64,000 bases of DNA, taken from NCBI GenBank assembly GCA_043811375.1, contig JBDRNJ010000009.1, positions 49,382 through 113,381 on the forward strand, read 5' to 3'. Source of the stretch: a bacterium (GTDB lineage: Bacteria; Zixibacteria; MSB-5A5; GN15; FEB-12). The notes beneath the pieces were generated by a model. The model worked only from the letters and a program-made list of their open reading frames with translations, was not told where the DNA came from and made no database searches. This document shows, piece by piece, positions 38,734 to 47,975 of the stretch. Position 1 is the first letter of the stretch. Every line of letters begins with the position of its first letter. Both the position numbers and the translations under genes were made by a program.

Positions 38734-39330
38734 TTACCGATAATTTGCTCTTGAAACGGCTCTGGAATCCTTATCATAAAAGCGCCACTGACGATCGGCT
38801 CCTTCCTTAACACCAATCCGACGGGAGCGGCTGACATGGCGCACCGTCGCCGCCCGGTCTTCAAGATACAACTCGTGACCGGTCAAATCAATACCGTTCT
38901 GGTTTCTGGTCAGGCCGAAAGATCGGCACAGCTTCCCCGGTCCGTTCAACAACTGATAGCCGCTCTTACCGGGAGACAGCCGGGTCATAATGTCCTGCCC
39001 CTCTTGCGGCTCGGCGGCCCGCAGCAACACCGCGGCCGGAGAGCCTTCGGGTTCGGTGACGAAATTCAAACAGTGGTACATGCCGTAGACAAAGTAGATA
39101 TAGGCAAAACCGGGCGGGCCGAACATCACGGCATTGCGATCCGTCATACCCCGAGCGGCGTGGCAGGCGGGATCGTCACGGCCGATATACGCTTCCACCT
39201 CGACGATCCTGGCTGACAGGCAACCGGTCGGCGAATGGTAAACAAGAAACTTGCCCAGCAGGTCGGTTGCTACCGTCAGGGTTGGACGACTATAGAAAGA
39301 TCGAGTCAACTTGCGATTTCGAGCAGACAT
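38734..39330 (-). CDS. mpg: DNA-3-methyladenine glycosylase (AAG/Mpg)
   Basis: IVEVEAYIG..DPACH, YIYFVYGMYHCLN and NGPGKLC. Confidence 0.93.
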   Translation of the reverse strand: MSARNRKLTRSFYSRPTLTVATDLLGKFLVYHSPTGCLSARIVEVEAYIGRDDPACHAARGMTDRNAVMFGPPGFAYIYFVYGMYHCLNFVTEPEGSPAAVLLRAAEPQEGQDIMTRLSPGKSGYQLLNGPGKLCRSFGLTRNQNGIDLTGHELYLEDRAATVRHVSRSRRIGVKEGADRQWRFYDKDSRAVSRANYR

Positions 39331-39351
39331 GGTAGCCGGTGTTATCCTGCT

Positions 39352-40209
39352 TCAACCTTCACGCGACACGATCCTGTCCGGAATCAGGACAGCAGCAGCG
39401 TCAAAATCAAGGCCAACTTGTTCCGGCCGGTGAGCGTCAGAACCCAGAAACCTTAACGCTGCGCCGGCTCTCCTCGCCGAATTGAGGATAGCCATACTCG
39501 GGTAATACTGGTGGAATCCGTGCCGAATAGCCGAGGTGTTGATTTCCAGTGCCGTATCGGTGGCTTTCAATGAATCAAACAGCTCATTCAGGTAAGGTGC
39601 ATAAGCCTTATGGATAACCGGACCGTAATGCTTGTGACCGAAGCGAACGTAGTAGTCAAGGTGCGCGATGGCGTCAAACAGGCCTGAGTGGACCGCTGTC
39701 TTCACCTGGTGGAAGTACTCCCGGCAAAACTGGTCGACCGTCAGATGGGCAAAAGACTGACTAAACCGGTCAAAACAGATGCACCTGTCGTAGATTTCGT
39801 GGATGCCGCACAGAACGTGATCAAGATCAAAGCGGTCGAGCAGCCCCGATACCGACTCCAGACACCCCGGCCACCAGCCGATTTCCACACCCAGCTTGAC
39901 CGACAAGCCCCTCGGGTAGAATTCCTCGTGAGCCCGGTGAACATGATCGACGTAAACCTCAAAGTTATCCGGGGTCGCCGGTCTCTTTTCACCATCGATG
40001 CGGATGAAGCAGTCTCCCGACCCCGCGGCCGGGTTGGTGTCGAAGTGAGTAGTGAAGCATATCTCCACCAGGCCCAGTTGCAGGGCAGCCCGGCAGTAAT
40101 CATCGATGCTACCTATCGCATCAATCGAGTAATCGCAGTGGCAGTGGTAATCGGCTAAACTGATCTGGGTCAGAGGTGTCAGTTCCGGATAATCAGACGG
40201 CATAGCCAC
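39352..40209 (-). CDS. PHP-family histidinol-phosphatase (HisJ-type)
   Basis: DYHCH, FTTH, IAHLD, LEINTS and GSDAH. Confidence 0.85.
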   Translation of the reverse strand: MAMPSDYPELTPLTQISLADYHCHCDYSIDAIGSIDDYCRAALQLGLVEICFTTHFDTNPAAGSGDCFIRIDGEKRPATPDNFEVYVDHVHRAHEEFYPRGLSVKLGVEIGWWPGCLESVSGLLDRFDLDHVLCGIHEIYDRCICFDRFSQSFAHLTVDQFCREYFHQVKTAVHSGLFDAIAHLDYYVRFGHKHYGPVIHKAYAPYLNELFDSLKATDTALEINTSAIRHGFHQYYPSMAILNSARRAGAALRFLGSDAHRPEQVGLDFDAAAVLIPDRIVSREG

Positions 40210-40834
40210 CTGTCAGGAAAGGGTTGCTCGTTCGTTCGGCTCCAACGGTGGTCTTTGGCCCATGTCCGGGGAGGCAGACTACTTCGTCGGGCAGGGACAG
40301 AATCCGGCTCCGGATTGATTCGATTAATTGATCGAAGGAACCACCGGGGAAGTCAGTCCGGCCAATGGAGCCGCAAAACAGGGTATCCCCAGTAAACAAG
40401 ATTCCCTCGCGCTCATCAAGGTAGCAGACGCCGCCGAGCGTGTGGCCGGGTGTGGATAACACCCGCAGGGAGATTGATCCGATCGTCAGCAATTGCTCAT
40501 CACCGACGAAATGATCCGCCGGCGGTGAGGTTACCTCCCGTCCGTAAAACATTGTGACGAGTTCCGATGGTTTGGTAAGCATGTCGCCATCGGGCCGGCC
40601 CACGTACAGAGGTACTTTCAACTCCTCCTTGACTGCCCCTACGGCAGCGATATGGTCGCCGTGACCGTGAGTCAGCAATATGGCTCGAACGTGAGCGGCG
40701 GATGAACTGACTGTCCGAAGAATAGACGCTTCATCTCCACCGGGGTCGATCAGTACAGCATCCCCGGAAGCCTCATCAAGGTACAGGTAGCAATTCACCT
40801 CGAATGGCCCCACTACTATTGTTTGCAACTTCAT
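40193..40834 (-). CDS. MBL-fold hydrolase (glyoxalase II/YcbL-like)
   Basis: THGHGDHI, TPGHT, FTGDTLF.GSIGRTD and PGHG. Confidence 0.92.
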   Translation of the reverse strand: MKLQTIVVGPFEVNCYLYLDEASGDAVLIDPGGDEASILRTVSSSAAHVRAILLTHGHGDHIAAVGAVKEELKVPLYVGRPDGDMLTKPSELVTMFYGREVTSPPADHFVGDEQLLTIGSISLRVLSTPGHTLGGVCYLDEREGILFTGDTLFCGSIGRTDFPGGSFDQLIESIRSRILSLPDEVVCLPGHGPKTTVGAERTSNPFLTGGYAV

Positions 40835-40845
40835 AACAGACCGCC

Positions 40846-40873
40846 AAGATAGGACTATTTACCGTTCTGTCAA
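40846..40873 (-). promoter_or_regulatory. Sigma70-type promoter TTGACA-N16-TATCTT
   Basis: Immediately upstream of the MBL gene start. Confidence 0.5.
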
Positions 40874-40952
40874 CTCCTGCCAACCGACTTGTCAACCGAC
40901 TGATCGCGGGGCCGAGCTTGTGAAATAAATAACACTCTACCTCCGAATCAGT

Positions 40953-40981
40953 TTGACGCCTATATGCTAAAAGTGTATAAT
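40953..40981 (+). promoter_or_regulatory. Sigma70-type promoter TTGACG-N17-TATAAT
   Basis: Near-consensus motif upstream of prfB. Confidence 0.75.
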
Positions 40982-41008
40982 AGTGGTCCCTTAGTGGAGG
41001 ATGATGGT

Positions 41009-42164
41009 ATGAAGATGACCGAATTGAAGAGCAGAGTATGCGAGTTTGGCAGTCGACTTGATAAGTTAGCGAGGTATCTTTGACCTCGACCGCAGGTCAG
41101 AAAAGGTTATTAAGTTGGAAAAAGTAGTATCTAAGCCCGGCTTCTGGGATAACAACCAGGCTGCCCAGGCGATTCTCCAGGAAATTACCTCCCACAAGAA
41201 GTGGATTGATGGGCATTTGCAACTGACCGGCGATCTGAATGATCTCCGCGAATTGCTGGAGATGACTGAGGCCGAGACCGACCATGACGACCGTGACGCT
41301 GAGGAACTCCTGCAAGCCCTGGACGAACTGGCGGAGCAACTGGGAAAATTTGAGTTCTCAGCCCTTCTTTCCGGTCCCGACGATCACCGCCATGCCATTG
41401 TGACAATTCATCCGGGTGCCGGGGGCACTGAATCACAGGACTGGGCTGATATGCTGTTTCGCATGTACAGCCGCTGGGTGGAACAGCGTGGATTTACAAC
41501 CGACCTGATGGACTACCAGCCCGGCGACGAAGCCGGACTGAAATCGGCTACGCTTAAAGTAAAGGGGGATTACGCTTATGGCTTCCTCAAGGCCGAATCG
41601 GGAGTTCACCGGCTGGTGCGAATCTCACCGTTTGATGCCAATTCCCGACGTCACACGTCATTTGCTTCGGTCCATGTCTACCCGGTGGTAGAGGGCAATC
41701 TGGACATCGATATCAAAGATGATGAAATTCGCATCGACACCTTCCGAGCTTCGGGAGCGGGCGGCCAGCACGTCAATAAGACATCGTCGGCTGTGCGCAT
41801 CACTCATCTTCCCTCCGGGATAGTGGTCAGTTGTCAGTCGGAGCGCAGCCAGCACCGTAATAAGGACGCCGCTATGACCGTGCTGTGCGCACGATTGTAC
41901 CAGCTAAAGCGTGAAGAAGAAGCCAAAAAAATGGAGAGGTTTGAGAAAACCAAGAAAAAGATTGAATGGGGCTCTCAGATCAGGTCGTATGTTTTCCATC
42001 CCTACAACATGGTCAAGGATCACCGGACGTCGGTCGAAACCGGCGACACCCAGGGTGTCATGGACGGCAACCTCGATCGGTTCATCAATGCCTATCTGGA
42101 AGACCCTAATCTTAACGATAACCTGAGTCGGGTGAAGCAGCCGGACATCAAGCAGAACTCTTAG
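41009..42164 (+). CDS. prfB: Peptide chain release factor 2 with +1 programmed frameshift at 41078-41084
   Basis: A 24-codon first frame ends AGG TAT CTT TGA C. The +1 frame (GAC at 41082) joins the ORF with the SPF and GGQ motifs. Confidence 0.97.
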
Positions 42165-42177
42165 TGGAAAATCAGTT

Positions 42178-43170
42178 ATGAACGCCTTATCAAAAATAAA
42201 GGACAGGGCCAGGGCCAAAAAGAGAACCGTAGTGCTTCCGGAGGGCACCGAACCTCGGATGATCCAGGCCACCAAAAAGATTGTTTCAGATAAGATCGCC
42301 GCTGTAATCTTGCTGGGCGATGAAACGGAAATCAATAAACTGGCCGCTGAGCACGGGCTCAATCCGAACCAGGTCGAGATCATCAATCCGGTCCAATCGG
42401 CGGACTACAATAGCTTCGTCTCCGAATTCATCCAAATGCGAAAAGCCAAAGGAATCACCGAAGAGCAGGCCCGGACAGCCATGGCCGACCCTCTCTATTT
42501 CGGGGCGATGCTGGTGCGTCATGACAAGGCTGATGCTTCCGTAGCCGGATCAGTTAATACTACCGGCAATGTCCTGCGGGCCGGTATCCACACACTGGGT
42601 CTGAAGGAGGGAATCAAGGTAGTATCCAGTTTCTTCATTATGACGATTCCCAAATACCGTGACGAACTGGACAAGCCGTTCCTGTTTGCCGACTGTGCGG
42701 TGGTCCCGAACCCGAACGCGGAACAGTTGGCCTCGATCGCAGCCTCCACAGCCGACAGCATGAGAAACCTGCTGGGAGAAGAACCGCGAGTGGCCCTGCT
42801 GAGTTTCTCGACCAAAGGATCCGCCAAACACAAAGATGTAGACAAGGTGCTACAGGCACTTCAGATATTAAAGAGAGATCATCCGGACCTCAAGGCCGAC
42901 GGTGAGTTCCAGCTTGATGCCGCCATCGTTCCGGAAATAGCACAACGAAAAGCCCCGGACTCCCCCATTGCCGGTGACGCCAACGTGCTCATTTTCCCGG
43001 ACCTGGATGCCGGTAATATCGGCTACAAGCTAACCGAACGACTGGCCGGAGCCACCGCTACCGGCCCGATTATACAGGGACTGGCCAAACCGGCCAACGA
43101 CCTCTCGCGAGGATGTTCGGTCGACGACATCGTAGACGTCACCGCCATTGCCATGCTGTTGAAAGGATAG
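42178..43170 (+). CDS. pta: Phosphate acetyltransferase
   Basis: [31 protein letters not shown] and NDLSRG. Confidence 0.95.
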   Translation: MNALSKIKDRARAKKRTVVLPEGTEPRMIQATKKIVSDKIAAVILLGDETEINKLAAEHGLNPNQVEIINPVQSADYNSFVSEFIQMRKAKGITEEQARTAMADPLYFGAMLVRHDKADASVAGSVNTTGNVLRAGIHTLGLKEGIKVVSSFFIMTIPKYRDELDKPFLFADCAVVPNPNAEQLASIAASTADSMRNLLGEEPRVALLSFSTKGSAKHKDVDKVLQALQILKRDHPDLKADGEFQLDAAIVPEIAQRKAPDSPIAGDANVLIFPDLDAGNIGYKLTERLAGATATGPIIQGLAKPANDLSRGCSVDDIVDVTAIAMLLKG

Positions 43171-43174
43171 CCAT

Positions 43175-44392
43175 ATGAGCATAAGTCAACTTGCCAGGGA
43201 AATCAAGGAATCTGCAACCCTGAAAATGAACGAGCAGGCTCGATTGCTGAAGGAAAAAGGCGAGGCGGTCATCCATCTTGGAGCCGGTGAACCCAAGAGC
43301 AAAGTGCCGCTCGACGCAATTCTCAGCAGTGCCGCCAGGCTGACCTCCGGCGAAATCCGATACACTCCCACCGAGGGCATCCCCTCCCTGCTGAAAGCAA
43401 TTATTCGGTATCACGAGGATAACTACAACAAGGTTATCGGCCCCGAGAACGTGGTCGTCTCGGCCGGTGCCAAGCAGGCTTTCTACAACCTGATGATGTC
43501 AATCGTCAATCCCCAGGACGAAGTGATCCTGTGCGCCCCGTACTGGGTCAGTTATCCGGAGATAGTCAAGATGGTCTATGGCGTGCCGGTGATCGTTACC
43601 CCGGAAGATGGCCGCTATGTGCCACGGATGCAGGATATTACGCAATCGGTCGGTTCTTATACGAAGGCTATCGTCATCAACAGCCCCAACAACCCGTCGG
43701 GAGTTATGTATCCTGAAGACCTGATCGGTGAATTGGTCGAATACTGCGAGAAAAAGAGCATCTACCTGATCATGGATGATATCTACCACAAGCTGGTCTT
43801 CGGCAATCACACGTGGGTACCCTGCTACAAGTTCGCCAAAGATGATTCCGATTCCTCCCGGCTGATAGTGGTCAACGGTGTCTCTAAAACGTATGCCATG
43901 ACCGGTTTCAGGATCGGCTGGACAATCGCCAACCGAAAAGTAAGGGCCGCGATGGTAAACGTCGCTGCCCAAAACACTTCCTGCCCTCCGGTGGTACTGC
44001 AGGCAGCGGCAGCCGGAGCTCTCAACGGTATTCAGAGCGGCGTGGAGAACTTGCGCCTGATGCTGGAAAACAACTGTGAGGTAATGATGAACGAACTGGA
44101 CTCGTTCAATGACGTCAAGGTCACCAGACCCGACGGAACCTTCTACTGCCTGCCCGATTTCTCCGCCTATTCCAATGATTCTACGGCGCTTTCGAAGTTC
44201 CTGCTGGAAAAAGCTCTGGTCGTGACGGTACCCGGCGTGGAATTCGGTGTCGAGAGTCATCTCCGTTTGAGCTTCTGTGGAACCGTCAAAGAGATTATGG
44301 ATGGGGTTGCCAGGATCAAATGGGCCCTGGACCCGGACTCACCCAATGAGATATACATCGGTGATCGCAAGATGAGGAGAGACTGGAAATGA
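43175..44392 (+). CDS. aspC: Class I PLP aminotransferase (aspartate aminotransferase-like)
   Basis: GAKQA, NSPNNPSG, DDIY and SKTYAMTGFRIG. Confidence 0.88.
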   Translation: MSISQLAREIKESATLKMNEQARLLKEKGEAVIHLGAGEPKSKVPLDAILSSAARLTSGEIRYTPTEGIPSLLKAIIRYHEDNYNKVIGPENVVVSAGAKQAFYNLMMSIVNPQDEVILCAPYWVSYPEIVKMVYGVPVIVTPEDGRYVPRMQDITQSVGSYTKAIVINSPNNPSGVMYPEDLIGELVEYCEKKSIYLIMDDIYHKLVFGNHTWVPCYKFAKDDSDSSRLIVVNGVSKTYAMTGFRIGWTIANRKVRAAMVNVAAQNTSCPPVVLQAAAAGALNGIQSGVENLRLMLENNCEVMMNELDSFNDVKVTRPDGTFYCLPDFSAYSNDSTALSKFLLEKALVVTVPGVEFGVESHLRLSFCGTVKEIMDGVARIKWALDPDSPNEIYIGDRKMRRDWK

Positions 44393-46053
44393 GCCAGTAT
44401 ATTATAGATGTCAAGACCCCGGCGCAGAAAGAAAAAGACGCCACGCGAAGCGAATACGGCCTGAAGAACCTCGGCCTGACTAATCTCAACAACGTCTACT
44501 GGAACCTGCCCACCGAGGCCCTGTACGAGGAAATCATCTTCCGTTCGGAGGGAAAAGTTTCTCACATGGGACCGGTGGTAGTCGATACCGGCAAACACAC
44601 TGCCCGTTCCGCCAACGACAAGTTCGTCGTCAAAGAAGATACCACCACCGACAAGATCTGGTGGGGACAGTACAATCGCCCCTTCAGTGTCGATAAGTTC
44701 AACGCTGTCTTTAACCGCATGCAGGGGTTTCTACAGGGACGCGACCTGTTTGTGCAGGACTGTTACGCCGGTGCCGATCCCAACTACCGCGTGCCTGTCA
44801 GGATCATCAGCGAGTACGCCTGGCACAGCCTGTTTGTTCGCAACATGCTCATCCGACCGGAAACGAACGATGAATTACGGAAGTTCGTGCCCGAGTTCAC
44901 GATAATGTCCATCCCTTCCTTCCAGGGTATGCCGCAGATCGACGGCACTCTTTCCAAGACCTTCATCCTGCTCAATTTCGAGCAGAAGCTCTGCCTCATC
45001 GGCAACTCCGGTTACGGCGGCGAGATCAAGAAATCAGTCTTTACAGTGCTGAACTTCCTGCTCCCCCTCCAGGGCATCCTGACCATGCACTGCTCGGCCA
45101 ACATCGGTAAAGACGGCCGAGCCGCCCTGTTTTTCGGTCTGTCCGGAACCGGGAAAACCACCCTGTCGGCTGATCCCAAGCGCAATTTGATCGGTGACGA
45201 CGAACATGGTTGGAGTGATGAGGGGATATTCAATTTCGAGGGTGGCTGCTATGCAAAAGTAATAGCTCTCTCACCGACAGCGGAACCGCAGATATATGCC
45301 TGCACGCACAAGTTCGGTACAATTCTGGAAAACGTCATCTACGACCCGGTCACGCGCCTGCTTGACCTCGAAGACGACCGCCTGACCGAAAACACCCGCG
45401 CCGCCTATCCCTTGCACTATATCGATAACGCGGTTCCGGAAATGCGGGGAGGACACCCGAAGAATATCATCATGCTCACCTGCGATGCCTCCGGCGTCAT
45501 GCCGCCTATCGCCAGGTTGACTCCACAACAGGCGATGTACCACTTTATCTCCGGGTACACTTCAAAAGTGAGCGGCACCGAGGTCGACCTCGGCAAAGAA
45601 CCGGAGATAACTTTCAGCGCTTGTTTCGGGGCACCCTTCATGGTGCATCATCCGTATTACTACGCCGAACTGCTGAAGAACAAGATACTCAAACACGACG
45701 TCAATTGCTGGCTGGTCAACACCGGCTGGACAGGCGGACCATACGGCATCGGCAAACGCATGAGCATCCATCACACTCGCACGTTGCTGAATGCCGCCCT
45801 GGACGGCAAACTGCTTGAGGTAGAATATCGCACCGATCCGGTCTTCGGCTTCCAGGTACCGAAATACTGCCAGGATGTCCCGGAGAAAGTGCTCAACCCG
45901 GCCGACACCTGGGGTGATCCAGCTGCCTATCAGGAGAAATATCAGCAGTTGGCTTCGCTGTTTATAGAGAACTTCAAGAAGTTCAAGTCCGGTACTCCGC
46001 AGGAGGTTGCTGATGCCGGACCGGTCAAGCGGGATGTGTCGGCACTCAGTTGA
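44389..46053 (+). CDS. pckA: Phosphoenolpyruvate carboxykinase (ATP)
   Basis: YGGEIKKS, FFGLSGTGKTTLS, LIGDDEHGW, EGGCYAK and WLVNTGW. Confidence 0.97.
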   Translation: MSQYIIDVKTPAQKEKDATRSEYGLKNLGLTNLNNVYWNLPTEALYEEIIFRSEGKVSHMGPVVVDTGKHTARSANDKFVVKEDTTTDKIWWGQYNRPFSVDKFNAVFNRMQGFLQGRDLFVQDCYAGADPNYRVPVRIISEYAWHSLFVRNMLIRPETNDELRKFVPEFTIMSIPSFQGMPQIDGTLSKTFILLNFEQKLCLIGNSGYGGEIKKSVFTVLNFLLPLQGILTMHCSANIGKDGRAALFFGLSGTGKTTLSADPKRNLIGDDEHGWSDEGIFNFEGGCYAKVIALSPTAEPQIYACTHKFGTILENVIYDPVTRLLDLEDDRLTENTRAAYPLHYIDNAVPEMRGGHPKNIIMLTCDASGVMPPIARLTPQQAMYHFISGYTSKVSGTEVDLGKEPEITFSACFGAPFMVHHPYYYAELLKNKILKHDVNCWLVNTGWTGGPYGIGKRMSIHHTRTLLNAALDGKLLEVEYRTDPVFGFQVPKYCQDVPEKVLNPADTWGDPAAYQEKYQQLASLFIENFKKFKSGTPQEVADAGPVKRDVSALS

Positions 46054-46162
46054 GGTGTTATATCATCCGCAATATCAAGAGGTTAGCGGCGGTTGCTTAA
46101 AGTTATATATTAACAACGCGGCCGCTTCCGGGTTTTGCATCTAAGGGAGATGTTGATTCAGC

Positions 46163-46453
46163 ATGCCTACTTATGAATATCGCTGTCAGGTCTGTCGACA
46201 TGAATTCGAAGCCTTCCAGACCATCAGTGAGAAGCCGGTCGAGAACTGCCCGAAATGCAATGGCTCGGTCCAACGCATTATCTCAGGCGGTGCCGGGTTC
46301 ATTTTCAAAGGCTCCGGCTTCTATATCACCGACCATCGCAGTTCCGCATATAAGGCCGATGCCGCCAAAGAGAAAAGTGCCGTATCCAATCCTCCGTCGT
46401 CCGACAAGTCCAAAACCTCCGACTCAAAGAAATCAGACAAAAAGAACGGGTAG
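46163..46453 (+). CDS. FmdB-family zinc-ribbon regulatory protein
   Basis: MPTYEYRC..C...CPKC...FKGSGFYITD with an S/K-rich tail. Confidence 0.9.
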   Translation: MPTYEYRCQVCRHEFEAFQTISEKPVENCPKCNGSVQRIISGGAGFIFKGSGFYITDHRSSAYKADAAKEKSAVSNPPSSDKSKTSDSKKSDKKNG

Positions 46454-46501
46454 GTCACCTCGGATATATCAGCGCCTTGCCACTCAAGTTCGCTATAAAA
46501 T

Positions 46502-46530
46502 GTGGGTGCACGAGGACGTACACCCACCAC
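46502..46530. repeat. REP-like palindrome
   Basis: Minus strand GTGG-TGGGTGTAC-GTCCTC-GTGCACCCA; intergenic. Confidence 0.45.
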
Positions 46531-46558
46531 TGTAATAGAAGGGGCGACGCCCCCCCCC

Positions 46559-46588
46559 TTGACAGGGCATGACCCGGTGGCGTTTATT
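46559..46588 (+). promoter_or_regulatory. Sigma70-type promoter TTGACA-N18-TTTATT, probably giving a leaderless mRNA
   Basis: The -10 ends 5 nt before ATG 46594 and no SD is visible. Confidence 0.45.
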
Positions 46589-46593
46589 GGGAC

Positions 46594-47973
46594 ATGATCA
46601 ACGCCAATCTGGAAGACCTGGTCCCGCAGCTTGAAGACCCGGCGTCATTGATAACCGATCTGACGGGTCACGACGACTATTTCCGCGATGCTACCGAACA
46701 ATCAGTTGTCCCGCGAGCCATCGTATTGGCGCAATCGGAAAGTGATGTTATCGCCACAGTGCGTTTCTGCAGGGATCATCACGTACCGATTATTGCGCGT
46801 GGCGCCGGGACCGGACTCTCAGGCGGGTGCGTACCGGTTGAGGGCGGGCTGGTGCTGTCGACCGAGCGGATCAACCATCTGACAATCGACTTCGAATCAA
46901 AAACCGCAACTTGTGGACCGGGGGTTATCACCAAAGATGTCAAGGACGCCGCCGAAAAGCACGGACTGACTTATCCTCCCGACCCGGCCAGCTACGAGGA
47001 GTGCACTCTCGGCGGCAATGTCGCTGAATGTGCCGGTGGTCTGCGCTGTCGAAGGTTCGGTGTCACCAAGGACTATGTACTCGGTTTGCGAGCGGTTACG
47101 ATTGATGGTGAAGTACTCGAAACCGGCTGTTATAACGACCATCGGGGTTTCCTGCTGGGTGACATCCTTATCGGTTCGGAAGGGACCCTGGCGGTGATCA
47201 CCGAGATCACGGTCGCCCTGATCGACACGCCGTCAGTCGGCGCGACTATCCTGGTGGCATTCGATAACGCCCACGATGCCGCTCAAACCGTCACCGACAT
47301 CACCGGCGCGGGGATCATTCCCACCGTCATGGAGTTCATCGATGCCGACGCCGTCGCTTGTTCTATTGAGTACGAAAGCTCGGATTATCTCCAGAAAGGT
47401 ATGGCGGCGCTATTGATCGAGACTTCCGGCGAGAATGTTGACGATCAGACGGCGTCGATCAGTGCGTTCTGTAATAACAACCGTTGTTCCGTCCTTCGGG
47501 TGGAAAACGACCCTGCCCGCGCGGAGGGTTTGTGGCAGGTGCGCCGCAACGTCTCCAAAGCTATCAAAGAAGCCGCCCTGGCCAAGATATCGGAGGACAC
47601 GGTGGTGCCCAACACGCAGATACCGGCCCTGGTCGATTTCGTGGCCGAGATGAACCGTACCTCTCCCCTGCGCATCAATACGTTCGGTCATGCCGGCGAC
47701 GGTAACATCCATGTCAGTTTTCTATCTCAGACCGGCACACCGGACGAAATACGGATGATCGAGAAGGGTATCGTACAGGTACTGCGGAAGGTCATTGAAC
47801 TGGGCGGCACCCTCACCGGCGAGCACGGCATCGGTCTGGCCAAGAGCCGCTTTCTGCACCTGGAGTTCGACGCCGCCACGCTGGAGTATATGAAACGCTT
47901 CAAACGCCTCTTCGACCCGGACAATCTCCTGAATCCGGGGAAGGTGTTTGAAGCATTAAAGGGGGAATTGTAG
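46594..47973 (+). CDS. glcD: FAD-linked oxidase, GlcD/D-lactate dehydrogenase family
   Basis: RGAGTGLSGG, YPPDPAS, GSEGTLAVITE, FGHAGDGNIH, GEHGIG and LNPGK. Confidence 0.85.
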   Translation: MINANLEDLVPQLEDPASLITDLTGHDDYFRDATEQSVVPRAIVLAQSESDVIATVRFCRDHHVPIIARGAGTGLSGGCVPVEGGLVLSTERINHLTIDFESKTATCGPGVITKDVKDAAEKHGLTYPPDPASYEECTLGGNVAECAGGLRCRRFGVTKDYVLGLRAVTIDGEVLETGCYNDHRGFLLGDILIGSEGTLAVITEITVALIDTPSVGATILVAFDNAHDAAQTVTDITGAGIIPTVMEFIDADAVACSIEYESSDYLQKGMAALLIETSGENVDDQTASISAFCNNNRCSVLRVENDPARAEGLWQVRRNVSKAIKEAALAKISEDTVVPNTQIPALVDFVAEMNRTSPLRINTFGHAGDGNIHVSFLSQTGTPDEIRMIEKGIVQVLRKVIELGGTLTGEHGIGLAKSRFLHLEFDAATLEYMKRFKRLFDPDNLLNPGKVFEALKGEL

Positions 47974-47975
47974 AG

